Shown: piece by piece, positions 17,865 through 31,413 of the stretch
How the letters are laid out: each line of letters starts with the position of its first letter
Numbering within the stretch: the first letter of the stretch is position 1
DNA from: Eledone cirrhosa
Lineage: Eukaryota
Assembly: GCA_964016885.1 (NCBI GenBank)
Contig: OZ024740.1
Coordinates: 163,122,001 to 163,186,000 of the forward strand
DNA: 64,000 bases
Reading direction: 5' to 3'
Made by a program: the position numbers and the translations under genes
The notes under the pieces: generated by a model
What the model was told of the DNA's origin: nothing
Database searches by the model: none
Seen by the model: the letters and a program-made list of their open reading frames with translations, nothing else

Positions 17865-18193
17865 GGAGGCACATGGTTAGAGCATTGGCCTTGCAATCGA
17901 AAGGTTGTGAATTCAATTCTCAGACCGGGTGATGTGTTGTTTCCTTGAGCAAGACACTTTATTTCACATTGCTCCAGTTTACTCAGCTGTAGAAATGAGA
18001 TGATAGGGACTGGGGTCCCTATCATTCCACTGTAAAGTGGTCGTGGAGGTGCCACGGAAAAAAAGCACCCAGCACTCACTGTAAATGAGGTTGGTGTTAG
18101 GAAGGGCATCCAGCTGTAGAAATCAAGTCAGAATCAGTTCCCATCCCACCCTTGTAAGCAGGGAAAAGTGGACGTAAAATGATGATGATGATG
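17865..18193 (+). mobile_element. SINE family B copy
   Basis: Same structure as 13477-13814; ends gcagggaaaagtggacgtaaaat(gat)n. Confidence 0.85.
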
Positions 18194-19440
18194 AAATGGG
18201 TAGTTTGAATAGAAATGACATCCGTGGTAGTTTATGTAACCATATCTTTCCATTGCAATTAGAAATTTTAAGATGCATTTCAGAAAGGTGATAAATTGGC
18301 ATTCTTTAGAGCATTGGATTAAATGCCTAGGCATCTGGTCCATCTCATTGCACTGTGTTCGGGGCAGTGAATCAGCATAATTGTTAAAAAATTGGATGAT
18401 ATCAGCAATGGAAGGACTAATGGAAAAAGTGTTTCCTTGGTCTCTTCTAACAATCAGCTCCTTTTTTTCCAGTATGGAGAACACCTGACTACTGCCAACA
18501 GGCCAGACAGGTGTAACTCTATCACTGCTTATTGCTATTCAATTTATTATATTTTGAAAGAAAAGTGGAATAGATGTTGAAAACAGACAACCAAATACTC
18601 TGATCATAAATAGTCTGACATGATATTTTAATAGTTCTTCTCAAGTACAAATATATCATGTATTTTTATCTGCAATCACAGTCAGACAAATCCCTAAAAC
18701 AAAATACCTTTGAGTATTTTGAACTACATTGTATTTATTGGATTTATTGGATTTTTTTTAATACTTGAAAGTAGTTGCATGAAGATATCCCATCGTCTAC
18801 AACCTCAAAGACTATGCCATATGGTAAATATTTATTTGAGACTTCTGTTAACTGCATTAATATATTACTTATTGTAATTCTAGTTGACTTTGGTTTACAT
18901 GCAACTATCATGAAAGTAATAACTACAATACTTGATGTTGACTAACTCCATCAGCATTTTATCAGTCTAACCCTTGCTAGCAGGGAAAGTGGATGTTAAA
19001 TGATGATGGTGATGATGAGTATAGTATTGGTACAAGGGGTATATATTCTGTGTGTGCTAGCCAAATGCTGCACATTCACTAAAGATAGTAAATTTTCTTT
19101 GTAATGATTTTGTTCTTGCCATATCTTGATATAATCTCATTGTAATGTGTTATCAAATCCAATAACACTCACTTAGAAACAAATATTAAGCAAGGCTGAA
19201 GTTGTATTATATTCATAGATACAGGCCTAAAGTTTGTATGAGCAATATATACCAAAGTAGTAGATTAAGTACAGTAGCATATCTTATGAAAACAATCACC
19301 ATACCATGTTTGGTACTTGTTTTATAATTCCCGGAGCTTTGTAAAAACTTAAGTCGAAATATCAAAACTACCTTTCTTTTTTTTTTATTATTGGTTAACT
19401 AAAAGTTTTATTTCCAGATTCATTATTCTTTTTTTTCATA

Positions 19441-19468
<28 letters not shown>

Positions 19469-19471
<3 letters not shown>

Positions 19472-19676
19472 GGAAAATGTTCAAGACCCCAACAGCAGAG
19501 CTCAAGCCGTTTCGACAGCTATTTCTGGACTCAATCCAGAAATAGCCATCGAAACGGCTTGAGCTCTGCTGTCAGGGTCTTGACATTTTCCTATTACCCA
19601 CTCTACTACCCAAAGTATTGAGTACTCTGGTGTGTTATGGTCCACCTAGTTCCTTACCACACTTCCTTCGTTATTT
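19469..19676 (+). mobile_element. Fold-back pLTR-like stub next to (TA)n
   Basis: Imperfect palindrome 19469-19594 centred on tctgga-ctcaa-tccaga, with GAAAC at 19551; tail has actct...aagtattgagta like the 6036 and 54033 elements. Confidence 0.6.
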
Positions 19677-22600
19677 ATATATGTATGTGTATGAATGTGT
19701 CCAACTCTCACAAGTAGGGAAAAATAGGTATTAAATGATGATGATAATGTGGCCTTGTAACTGTAAAACAACAAAACAGATCACTGGTTTTATTGTATAC
19801 TGGATTGTCCAGAATGTTATTGTTTAATCCTAACCCCCACACCTTATTTTCAGATAATATTCTGTTACATACAGCCTGCATTGTGAGATATTCCCTTCAT
19901 CAGCTGAAGATCAGTGATTTCAGTACTTTCCAATAGTATTATGATGTTGAGAAGTATTATTGCTACCAGAGAATGTCCAACTTCTTTTTACCCACATCCT
20001 AACATGCTTCACCACCACACCCATTATCAAAAATGACATTATCTGTTGTGTCTTTTTTTTTAAATGGGAGGGTGTAATTTAAGGAAGATTTGGCATCTTG
20101 ACCCATTTTTAGCATGAGATCAACTCTGATCAATAAGTCATGAACCACCAGCATTCTAGTCATAAACATCCTTTCTTTTTTCAGACATTATATAACTAGG
20201 ACTATATTTATCCTATGTATTCTCTTATTTTACTTTGAATTTTTTTAATTGGAAGAATATAGATTAAAGGAGATTTGGGTGTTATTTTTAACAAGTCTAG
20301 TGATCCCAGACAGGCTCACTTGTTAAAGAAAATGGGTAGTACCAACAGCTTAATACTGAACAAGAGTACAGTTAAGAATAAATCTTAATGAGTTCATACA
20401 ACATTTGTAAAGGGCTAATAACTTTGCTCATGACAAGTTTCAATAAAAGAACACTAAGTTGATTTGTCTAAACTATGGCATGGGAGGAATGCAAAAATGC
20501 TGTTTGTGTATGTAACAGTAAAGACAACCATGATATTGAAAGGTAGAAATTATTATGTAAATCATTACTAAGAAAATAGGGTTATCTTATTACAAATCAT
20601 TCATTCTTTGACATTTAAAACTGAAAGATTTGTGTATCAAAAGGGTTGTATATCATATCAATTGCCTTTCAAAAGTAGTTAGAAATGAAATCATTCCAAA
20701 GTTTAGAAATGTAGGAGACTGAACAACACAACAATTTGATAGTCACTTAAATTTCTTGTTTAAATTGCCCTATAACATAAATTATAGGGTAATTCTACTA
20801 GTAATGAGAAAAAGTATTGTATGACTTGTATGTACAAACATTTTACCACTCCATTTACTGAAGTAAACAACAACATAGAAAACATCAGTGTTTTTTTTTT
20901 TGTTTTTTTTCAATCCCAGTAAGAGAGAACATGCCTATAACAAGAAACCAAAATAATTCAGTAAGATATATATTCATAGCTTAGAATGAATTTGTTTCAC
21001 CTTACCTTGAAATATCTTAGTTTTCATTGCTGTTGTTTATTGTGGAGTAAACACATTGTGCTCCGAGAGAACAGATTAAAAAATAAAAATCCAGAACCCT
21101 AATAATGCATTGTGTAAGATGTTTTGCACATTAGTTTATCAAAGTCCAACAGAAGTAGCTGGGGTGTTAACATGAGAAAACCTGTACTCAACACTAAATT
21201 GTAATACCAAAGGTCAAGACCTTGAAGCCACTGCACTAAAGTCTAATAATCAAAATTGCATAAATATTTATCTGTTGATGAACTAGTTCAACAAATAGAG
21301 TCAAATAATTGATAGAGATCAGAGATACATACCAAAAAGGATCACAGTTCTATGAACTTAAGAGGATGAGAAAATAGAACTTGGGTCATCTGTGCTTTTT
21401 TCAAAGTAATCAAAAATAGCTTGCACTAAGAATCAAAACTGTATTGCAAACACAGTTTACTTTGAGTTTAGTATTTATGCCAGTGCTTACCATGCTCTAT
21501 AAATTTACACTCTCTTATGTCTTCTGTTAATAATTTATAGAATAAAAGTTGTGAATAGCAGAATCAGTAAATGGAGTATTCAGTTATATCTATTTACATT
21601 CAAATCTATCCATGGAAAATTATATCTTTCATTGATTTGAGGTTGAAAGAATAAAATTAAAAACTAGCCAAGCAAGTACAGTTGAATTAATTAACTATAA
21701 CTCGCCTCAAAAGTTTTAACAAATAGAATTAGTGTGTCATATATTCAAAACCATTTGTAAAAAATAACAATACTAGTATACAAACAATGTATTAGATCCA
21801 CCAGAATTATTAGTGCTACTTAGGTTACCAACCTCTCTAAAAAAAAAGCAGCAAAGACAATAAAACAACACATTGTATCATCATAGGTTGAACACAGATC
21901 AACTTCACAAAACAAAATCACTCAGTGTCAACCTTGTCTGCAAGGAGCACAACTTGCTGCAGCAAGTTCCAATTCTCAGTGATTGTACAGTCCCCTTCAA
22001 ACACCATCTAGATACATCTGTAGCAGTCTTAAAAACATTACCTATCCCACTAAGACCAGACAGTATGGAATGGACCCTCATAAGTTTTGATGATGAGTGT
22101 TCCAGTTGTTTTGATCAGTGGAACAGCCTGTTCATGAAATAACATGTAAGTGGCTGAGCATTCCACAGACAACTGTACTCTTAACATCATTCTACCTGCA
22201 AGAAATAGTAGTCATATCTTCTTTAAATCAGGGGTATCTTTACTGAAAATCCCTGAGTTACAAGCATTTAAGCCAGGTTTTCAATTTGAAGATACCTTCC
22301 CATCTTCCCATTAGACTCAGAGGCCCTAAAGACCATGGACACTTTTCTTTCCTCCCTAACTTCACAACAATAAATAAATAAATGATACAGGTAAAAATTA
22401 ATTAAATACAGGATGGTCACAGGCTGAAACACCTTTCATCATAAGTTTACTTGATAATAAAAGACAAAATAATAGAAAAGGCATCATGCCTGAAGTGCTA
22501 CAATGCACTCACTGTAAGTTAGAATTAAAAATATAGTCCGCAATTATAAAGATCTATATCACAATCTGTTCAAATGGTTACTCAAGTTTGCTCAATCAAG

Positions 22601-22928
22601 CCTGATTTATGATTAAACATGTTCTTTTATTTTTAATCTGTAGGTCAATGATATATAGAAATTTAAAATGTTAACAGGTAACTAATCTATTATTATTAGT
22701 TTTATTTTCATAGTGTGCTGTCACTGCATTACCAAGAACAGCTCTGTGCACCATGGGTATGTACAGTGTTGTTGTTTCTATTGCATTAAGAGTACTCTTT
22801 GTAATATATGTGCAGTTCTCATAGTGCTATTTTCTGTATGCTGTATATAATTATTAAGCCCTGGTGTTTTGGTTATCTATCTGTCTGTGTGTTTTTTTTT
22901 GTTTTTTTTTTATCATATGTATATTATA

Positions 22929-24181
22929 TAAGTAAGTAAAGAGAAAATTTCAGGAGACATTTATTTATTTTCATAACTTTTACAAAACTTTGACCTCTTT
23001 AAAATAATAAGCTCTCGCATCTACACACTTGCACAGGCCTCTTTCCACTCTTGGAAGACCCCCCCCCCCCACCCGAGTCCTTTTTCTGCAGACCCATCAG
23101 GAAATTCGCTAATGCTTCCTTCAGTTTCTGTGTTGAATCAAATCTGATTACCTTGAGGCTGTCATTCATGTGTGGAAACGTTAATTCTCTTGCTGGACAT
23201 CTAGGTGGTCACCAGCATTGACTTATCGCATGAGGTATCGTCCTGGTGGAACCATCCTTCTCCATTCCTGCAGCCTCTTCTACCTCAATCTCTTCTTGAA
23301 CCATTTCAGAATTTCAAGGTAATACTCCTTATTGAGGATTTGGCCTTTAGGAACCCATTCAATTAGCCCCTGGGATTCGAAGAAAAGAATAACCATGGCC
23401 TTATCTTGCGACCTTCTCATCTTTGTCTTCTTGGGTCTGAGGAAGGAACACATTTACGCTAGGCTCTCTGTGATTTGCTCTCAGGGTCTAAGGTGAATAC
23501 CCAACTTTCATTGCAAGTCAATACTTTATTCAGGAAACCAGAATCAGCCACTATCATATCAAGAATGTCAGTGCAAAATCCCATTCGAAACTACCTCTGG
23601 TTGAAGGGGAGGATCTTTTCCATGATCTTGGCACAGACTTTGTGGAGTTCCAGATTTTTGGTCAGAATTGTCTCCACTGTGCCAAAATTAATACCAATAG
23701 ATTCAGATATCACCCTCACAGTAACTTGATGGTCTTACATCACTAACACTCACACTTCCTCGATGTTTTCCTCCTTTCATGCGCTGTTCCAGGTGTGTTC
23801 ATCCTCAGCCTGTTCATTTCCTTCCGAAAATCATTTAAACCATCTTTAGAAACTTGCTTTATTCATCAATATACTTCCATAGTCCTCCTCTAACATTCCA
23901 TGGGCTTCTTGTTTGGTTTTCTTAAGTTTAACACAAAATTTAATAGTATAAAGTTTCTCCATGTTTCTCCGGATCTTGCTATGTGTTTTCAGATCAGCAA
24001 ATTGGATCACACTGGTTCCACTACATACACCACTGCGCTCCAACCTAGGCAGATTGGAAGTTGCCAGTTACTCATTTTTATAAATTATATGTATGTCTAC
24101 TTCACAAAGAAGTAGCATTCTAACTGAATGATATTTAATATATTTCCTGAAATGTTTTCATTACTTATTTAACACACCTCC
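22929..24181 (-). mobile_element. Decayed mariner DNA transposon (~1.25 kb)
   Basis: N-terminal MEKLYTIKFCVKLKKTKQEAHGMLEEDYG and C-terminal KCVDARAYYFK fragments; imperfect TIRs aagtaaagagaaaatttcagga / tcctgaaatgttttcattactt. Confidence 0.8.
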
Positions 24182-24319
24182 TATATGTATGTATAATATA
24201 TATCATCCTTTAATGTCCAGTTTCTCTGCTTGCAAGGAATGCATGGGTCTTCACTGACCAAGTGAGTACTCATAAGGGGTTATTAACCTCTCAGATGAGC
24301 TGCAGAGTGACCTAGTCAG

Positions 24320-24660
24320 AAATTGGAGAGAAGATGATACAGGAATGAGGACAGGCTGCAGGAAATTTAAGAGGATGGTACCTCTGCTGACAATAAATGG
24401 GGTAGAAGTCTCTTTCTCAGAGTGAAGGATATGCTGTGTGATACCTGAGTGTGAATGACAGTGCTGCATGGCAGTGAGACATGGGCCTTGGCTGCAGAGG
24501 ACCTGTAAGAGCTGGAGGGAGGTGTGACAAGTATGCTCTTGTAGATGTGTGCATGAGCTGAATTCAATATAGTGCAAGAGGGAGGCATAGACATGTGATG
24601 CATGTGAAGAAAGACAGCTGTATAAAGAGGTGCATGGAAATATCAGTAGATGGACTCATG
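24320..24660 (+). mobile_element. Decayed RTE fragment
   Basis: gtgctgcatggcagtgagacatgggccttg (VLHGSETWAL) and flanking similarity to copy 1, 2280-2650. Confidence 0.65.
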
Positions 24661-24981
24661 GAGTTACGTCTCTCCCTTCCATTCCTTTGAGTTTCACACC
24701 CATGTCATTAGTGCACTGGTGCATTTTTTTGTGACACTTGCACTAGAGAGGTTGTCGTACCATGACCAAAGAGTTCTCTGAACACTTTTTCATATGGTTT
24801 CTATTACTGGTAGCCATTTCTATCACCAACCATCTTACAGAGTGTACTGGGTGTGATTTTTCATAACAGCATGTCTGTGTCTACACATGTGAGGGGGTTA
24901 ATTTAGTTTTGACCACATTGAACATATCTTTTGGGGTAGATTCAGACTAATAGCATGGCTGCTCCAAAAAATGCAATATGA

Positions 24982-25207
24982 CAGAGGCTCCAACCTTTTT
25001 GCATGAAAGGGCCAAATTAACATTCCACATTTAGATGAGGGCCACATATTAGGATTATCCATACTATCAAAGACAGTGAACGATTTTATGATGACAGACT
25101 TGCACTTAAAATTGCGTTTTCAATCAAAACTCATTAGACACACATTTTTTAATGAGACAGTCTTTTGAAGTCTGTTGCGTGATCTATATGTTGAAGGACA
25201 TAGAGAA

Positions 25208-25263
<56 letters not shown>

Positions 25264-25504
25264 GAAGTGTGATGGACAGAGAAACCGAGAAACAGGTTAT
25301 TAATACTACTACTACTTCGCAAAGTAGTTTGAATTTATATAAAAATAGGCGCAAATATTTGAAATGTAGCAAAAAATCCTGTCAAGCAGTTGCTGGCTAT
25401 GTGTAATCTGCTGGATAAGCATAATTCTTATCTTGTTCTGAGGGCCGCACTGAACATCCTTAACGAACGCATGTGGCCCTAGGGCCACAGTTAGGAGATT
25501 ACTG
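24982..25504. mobile_element. hAT-like MITE
   Basis: Ends cagaggctccaacc...agttaggagattactg; 8-bp TSD caatatga / caataaga. Confidence 0.65.
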
Positions 25505-26478
25505 CAATAAGAAATATACTTTGTTTTATTTGTACTCACATTCCCAGATATTCAGGTACATATAAATACAATTTACCTACACACAAGTGTGTGAGTGTAA
25601 CACATACTTTCTACTACTTACTTTTATGTTTTCATAACATTTGCTACTTACCCCCCCCCCCCCCCCCCCTACCTTTCTTTAAACTTAACATTCACAAATT
25701 TTAGACTTTCTATTTAACCTCTCTGTATCAAACCATTGGAGAGGCTCCTATACAGTCACATAATATACTAGAAATAACAGTTATATCTCTTTCAAATCAT
25801 AACCTATCATCTTAAAAGAGAGGCGGACAAATTAGACCACTTCTAGATCACCCTGAAATACCTAATAGGTACAGCTGGAATGTCTTTGATAATAAATTTG
25901 CTTAATCAGACCTGACCGGTGGCTAAACAATAACAACAACCTTTCAGTCCTAGTACTCTTTCAATTCCATAACTCATTTTCCATTTTTTTTCTTTCTCTC
26001 TTTTGCTATCTCCATCTCTCTCAAACACATTCTTACACATACAGCCTTTCCTTCATTTATCTTGGTCATTCTTCACAGTTTGCCAGCCTCTTCAGTATAT
26101 AAATAATCATCAAATTATAAGCAAACATGAATTTCCTAAATATCTAATAGCCTAGTGGTTAGGGTGTTATACTCAGTGTTATGAGTTCAATTCCTGTATC
26201 AGGCAGCTTGTTAGGGTTTCAATCTGAAAAAGTTACTGCCTGTATCGATATGAATCACTTACAATAAAATTTTGCTGGAGATAGATTAGCAAAATTTAAT
26301 AAGCGAGAATAAGTGGGAGAGAGATTATTCAGGACCTGAGAGTTGGTGACCACTGTTAGTCTGGCAAAATGGATAGTTCAGTATGGGCCTGGACCCAAAG
26401 GAGACAGAAAATCATTGTTGTATCTGTAAAAGTGGTCAACTATATTTCAAATTTTTCTAATGTTTCTGAAGTCAGCCA

Positions 26479-26519
<41 letters not shown>

Positions 26520-27130
26520 CATCATCATCACCATTTAAAGTCCATTTTTTCATGCTAGCATTAGTTAAACAAGTTGTCTTGCTGAGATTCAGGTCAGGTC
26601 AGATGACCATGTCTTGCACATACAGAATTGTTCCTGGCTTGGTTTCTACAGCCGAATGCCCTTCCTAACGCCAACCACATTTACAGCATCGACTAGATGC
26701 CTTTTATCATGACACCAAAACGACCACTTTACAGTGTAGACTGGGTGTTTTTAGTTATAGCACCAAAACGACCACTTTACAGTGTGGACTGGGTGCTTTT
26801 TGTTATAGCACCAAAACGACCACTTTACAGTGTGGACTGGACGGTTTCTGTCATGACACCAGAATGACCACTTTACAGTGTGGACTGCATGCTTTTATCA
26901 CAGCACCAAAGCTGCCACTTTAGATTGTTGACTGATCATTTTTTGTTGTGGCACCAAAATGACCTCTTTACAAGATGGACTGAGCGTTTATTGTTGTGTC
27001 GCTAACACAGCCACTCTATGCAAGCTGGGCTGGGTACCTCCTGTCATGTCATCAACATGACCACCTTACAGGGTAGACTAGAGGCCTTTGTTATGTCACC
27101 GGTACGACCACCTTATAGGGTGGACTGAGA
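26520..27130 (-). repeat. RTE-type 3' UTR with a tandem array of ~46-bp units (about 9 copies)
   Basis: Tail catcatcatc at 26520; unit gcaccaaaacgaccactttacagtgtggactgggtgctttttgttata repeated from ~26710. Confidence 0.8.
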
Positions 27131-27244
27131 ACTATTTGCCATTAGCCACTTTAGCAACATTGAGAGAACATGTTCATCTTTCCAAAATGTTGGTCAAGAG
27201 AGGTGGTCAGATGTGGACAGTGGGGATGAAGGGGGTAATATAAG

Positions 27245-27712
27245 TCCTAATTGTTGCTAATACAATTGCTATTTTCGCTGTTCTTGAAGAACTTACTTCA
27301 AAAGTATTTTCTTTCAATTATTTTATAAAATATAGATAAACAAATTTCAAAATCCTACCCCCACCAACTCAGTGAAATATTGATCTCTTTACTCCAAAGA
27401 TGCATTCACATCTCATTATTCTACACCACCCTAACAACAAACTAAACAGACTGCCAAAACCAACCTCCCTAAAACTCTAGAACTCCTAATTTCATTCTAG
27501 TATTCCTATCAACACTTCTAACTGAGCATTAATCATGTTATCTTCCCTCACCTCATCTATCTTGTCTGACATTTACTTCTCTGATGAAAGCTCTAAATAT
27601 TTCATTTCACAGCAGACTGACATAGCTCGACCTGCTAAAAATAGTAGTCAAATCATCCTCTGAAAATAAAAACACAGACACACTGGAGAACATGATGCTA
27701 TAGTATACACAA
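27245..27712 (+). mobile_element. Possible decayed Penelope-like 3' end
   Basis: CTGATGA at 27581; terminus ggagaacatgatgctatagtatacacaat(at)n resembles ggcaacatgatcctcccaaagtataacaat(at)n at 4744-4775. Confidence 0.3.
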
Positions 27713-28559
27713 TATATATATAAATAAATCATAGTAATGAGAGAAAGACAATAAACTACGTCACATAATAGGGGAGAAAATACCACCCTGGTAAAGAACA
27801 TATATATAAGGGGTGGTCACGGCTGGAACATTTGTGGTTATAAGTTACGGCTACCTTGGTGTTAAACAATAAAGTCGCGATTTGATGCTTACTGAAATGG
27901 CTCTCGCCTCTTTGATTTTAGTAATTCCATTTAATTTATGTCTGCCTATATATGTATGTTGTTTTCATAGTCTGCCTCCATCGTTTATGAAACTAACACC
28001 ATTATCAGAGCCTTGAGAATATGAATCTAAATCTCAGTATTTTTCATTTAAATACCTACATCTTATTTCCATTACGCAAAATTCTACTAATAATATTTAT
28101 TCGGCATTTTTGTTATCTTAAGCGTTAATAAATGAAGACAAATACAGTATTTGTATAACAAATAAAATCAACATGTTATTTAAATTTTTCTTAAATAAAA
28201 ATGTGCACGCAAGGAATCGTAAGGAATATATCATTCGCACATATTCTAAAAATATTTAAAAAATAAAAACGTAAATTTTTACTAGCCACAGGTCAGACTT
28301 GATCTATCAAACATATGGTTAAAGACGTTCCTATACTGACGTCCTGTCCTTTTATATATCCGTAACTATATTATCTGTATTATACATATTTTTAAAAAGG
28401 TAGATGGATTTGAAGAAGAGTTTACTGCTATTTCTAGCAAGTCGAACGACTACGTAGTTCGTTTATGAAAATTTTTATTGAACATGCAGCTACACGTGAA
28501 ATGATGTAACAGTTATTGAGCAGTCTAATTTTAGCATTTATTACGTTGTTTTGTACTAA

Positions 28560-29190
28560 GCTTTAGACTGCTTCAACGTGGTTAGACGGAACTCCTAAGA
28601 TGGAACTTACGAAGACGGGAAGCTTAAATCTAGGTGAATCTAAATTATTTTTAAAAACTGATTATTGTCCTTTCGCCTCAATATACCCGCAATTATTTAA
28701 GTGTAAACATTACCAATAAAATTTCATGGCGCATATATCAGCATAGTTTAAACATGAGAAGAGGTGCACACGTAATTACTACGAGTCTTGAAAAACATCG
28801 CCGACTTTTGTGTTGTTCTTTTTTTTGTAAAAGGTGAAAAATTTATCCGCCGGAAGTGAAGGAAAAAACCAGAGTGGCGTATATTTCTTTTGTTTTATTT
28901 CTGATTTGGTCCCAGGTTCTGTATATTCAATGTAATTAAACATACACAGAAAGGGATGGAACTCTCAACGCTTATGACAGGGGAAGTAATTTCAAATCTG
29001 TCAGCGACTACACATACAGGTGTACGTAATATGAGTGGGTTAACACACGCAAACTGTTTTTCTCTCTTTTACTTACCCCTCCCCGACACACACAATGTTG
29101 GCTTCAAAAGATGTAACTTAAATGTGATAAATATAGCCAATGCATTTCCATAGAACGGTCTGACGTCATTAAATTTGATTTCCGTTACAT
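28560..29190. promoter_or_regulatory. Promoter-like island
   Basis: Non-repetitive, locally CpG-retaining; ETS motif CCGGAAGTG (~28850), CCAAT (~29137), CRE TGACGTCA (29161); minus-strand GTAAGT donor-like site at ~28605-28610. Confidence 0.45.
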
Positions 29191-29378
29191 AATATTTGTA
29201 TGTACAAATCTATATAAATGTATAATATATATTACATGAGTGTATGTGTGTGTGTATGAATTTGTTGGCATGTGCACACGTTGGTAGGGTTACACACACA
29301 CAGTATTGATTTCTATCACTGGCTGAAAGTTTAATCCATTAGACTGACCCCACTAATTAGCTAGTATTATATTTTATC

Positions 29379-29686
29379 CCGCCGAGGTTAACTTTGCCTT
29401 TCATCCTTACAAGGTCGATAAAATAAAGTACCAGTAATGCACTGGAAAATTGTCGGCCTTGTGCCAAAAGTAGAAATAATTATATTTTATGGGGTAAATT
29501 GGCAGTATCGGAAGAGGGTCGGACGCCATGCTTTGGTGCATAGAGTTACGGCCCTTGCCATTATGAGTTCAAATCCCACCGAGGTTAACTTTGCCTTTCA
29601 TCCTTACGGGGGTCGATAAAATAAAGTACCAGTAATGCACTGGGATAATTACTGGCCTTGTGCCAAAAGTAGAAACAATTATATTT
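29379..29686 (+). mobile_element. SINE family A: partial copy followed by a full copy
   Basis: tggcagtatcgg...gagttcaaatccc...ttgcctttcatccttacggggtcgataaaataaagtaccagtaatgcactgg...gtagaaacaattat. Confidence 0.85.
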
Positions 29687-31260
29687 TATGGATGTCAGAA
29701 GGAGGAATGCCAACATTTGATTCAGAATTAAATTTGGAATGTAAAAGAGTGTAACTAATTCCACATTTCCTTTTTCTAGATAAAAACCTAATTAGTATCT
29801 ATGAAAGGATTTAAAATTTATCAATGAAAAATCACACCTAGTCTCCCTCACAGTATCTTTTCCCATTTCATTCATGGGAAGCCCAAGTCAACATGGGAAA
29901 AAGACTTAAGATCAATGCCAGCAAGGAACACTTATATAATGCATATTTCATTTCTTAGTCATTCAAGGGAGGGTAGCACACATGGCCATTACAAAGCACC
30001 CGAGCCTTTGGGTGAAAGAAACCTTGGTTTATGTGTTGCTGCTGTAATAAACAGAACATCAAGATGTCTGGTTATGCTCAGGATAGAAGTCTGATTAGAA
30101 TGCTTGCCACAGAATCGACTCTGGCTAAAGGCAACCAAGAATCAGGTGGTCACAATCATAAACATTTAAACATTATCTCACTTCTAAAGGTTTATGGTGA
30201 TGTGAAGAGAAGTCAAGTGACCTCTGACATGGAGAAACATGGCCTTAGTTCTAATGTTACTATATCAGTTAGAGCTCTAAATGATTGTTGTTGTTACTGT
30301 TGGACCTCTGTCAGTTCTGATGTTGAGAGTTCAAGTTGTTAGAGCAGAGGACAAAATGTGCTCTTTACACTTTTGGTTCAAATTCCACCAACCTGAACTT
30401 TACTTTTCATCTTTCTGGGGGTTGATAAAATCAAGTCTAAGTTTAGGGAAATGGATTAGCAGAATTGTAATAGCATCAGACAGGATGTCTTGTAGTATTT
30501 GTTCTAGCTCTTTACATTCTGAGTTCAAATTCCACTGTGGCCTGTTTGGATGTAGTCTTAGTTTGTTGCCTGGTTTAATACCATCTGGCTCTTGGGTGTC
30601 TTTAGTTGAGTCCCCTCCTTTACAACAGACCAGGTCACTAGTTTAAAAATACCTTCCTCCTTCCTCACCAATCATGGAGGCTATAAGGGCCATGTGCCCT
30701 GCTGTTCCCTCCCAAACTAACCAGTAGCAAAAAGAACATTTTCGAGCACCCTGCTACTTCTGTTTTACTTCTGTTTTCCGAGTTGTTTTAATTCTGATTG
30801 AAAAGTAAGAGGTTTGTAATCAGAATAAGATCTAACGAAGAATTTAAAAGGGTATTTGTTAGGCTTGCACTAGGAGATTTTTTTTTTTGTTCTTTGTTTT
30901 TGTTCTTTTTTTTTTGTACCAGGAACTATGGTATCCTTGGTAATTGGGATGTTCTGTGAGGTTCTTTAATTACTCATGGGTGGTGCTTCCCTATTCTGTT
31001 ATCAATTTCTTATTACTTAGCCACTCGTCTTTTTTTCTATTTACTCATTTTATTCAAATCCCCATTGCCCTTGTTTATTTGTATTGTCTTTAAGTGTTTC
31101 AACCCTTGTGGCTAATAAAGAATAAACATATCAGAAACTTTTTAAATGATGAGATAAAAATAGCCATGAATATTCAAATACAAAAAGTAATACAATATTA
31201 TTTTGAATTTAAATACTATATATATGTGTATAAAATTTAAATACTATATATATGTGTATA

Positions 31261-31413
31261 AAAACATGGGCGGAGGTGGTGAGAGCAGACCTCAGATTGC
31301 TGAAACTCACGGAGGAGATGACGAAGGACCATGACAAGTGGAGAGATACTGTGCTGAATAGGACCCATACCACCCTTGCAAGCAGGGAAAAGTGGACTAA
31401 AATGATGATGATG
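31261..31413 (+). mobile_element. 3' end of an RTE subfamily with almost no 3' UTR
   Basis: KTWAEVVRADLRLLKLTEEMTKDHDKWRDTV runs into cacccttgcaagcagggaaaagtggactaaaat(gat)n. Confidence 0.75.

Noticed and set aside
26710-27130. CRISPR-like periodicity
   Set aside because: Whole units repeat with no unique spacers, no cas genes, eukaryotic retroposon context; the same applies to 48340-49025.
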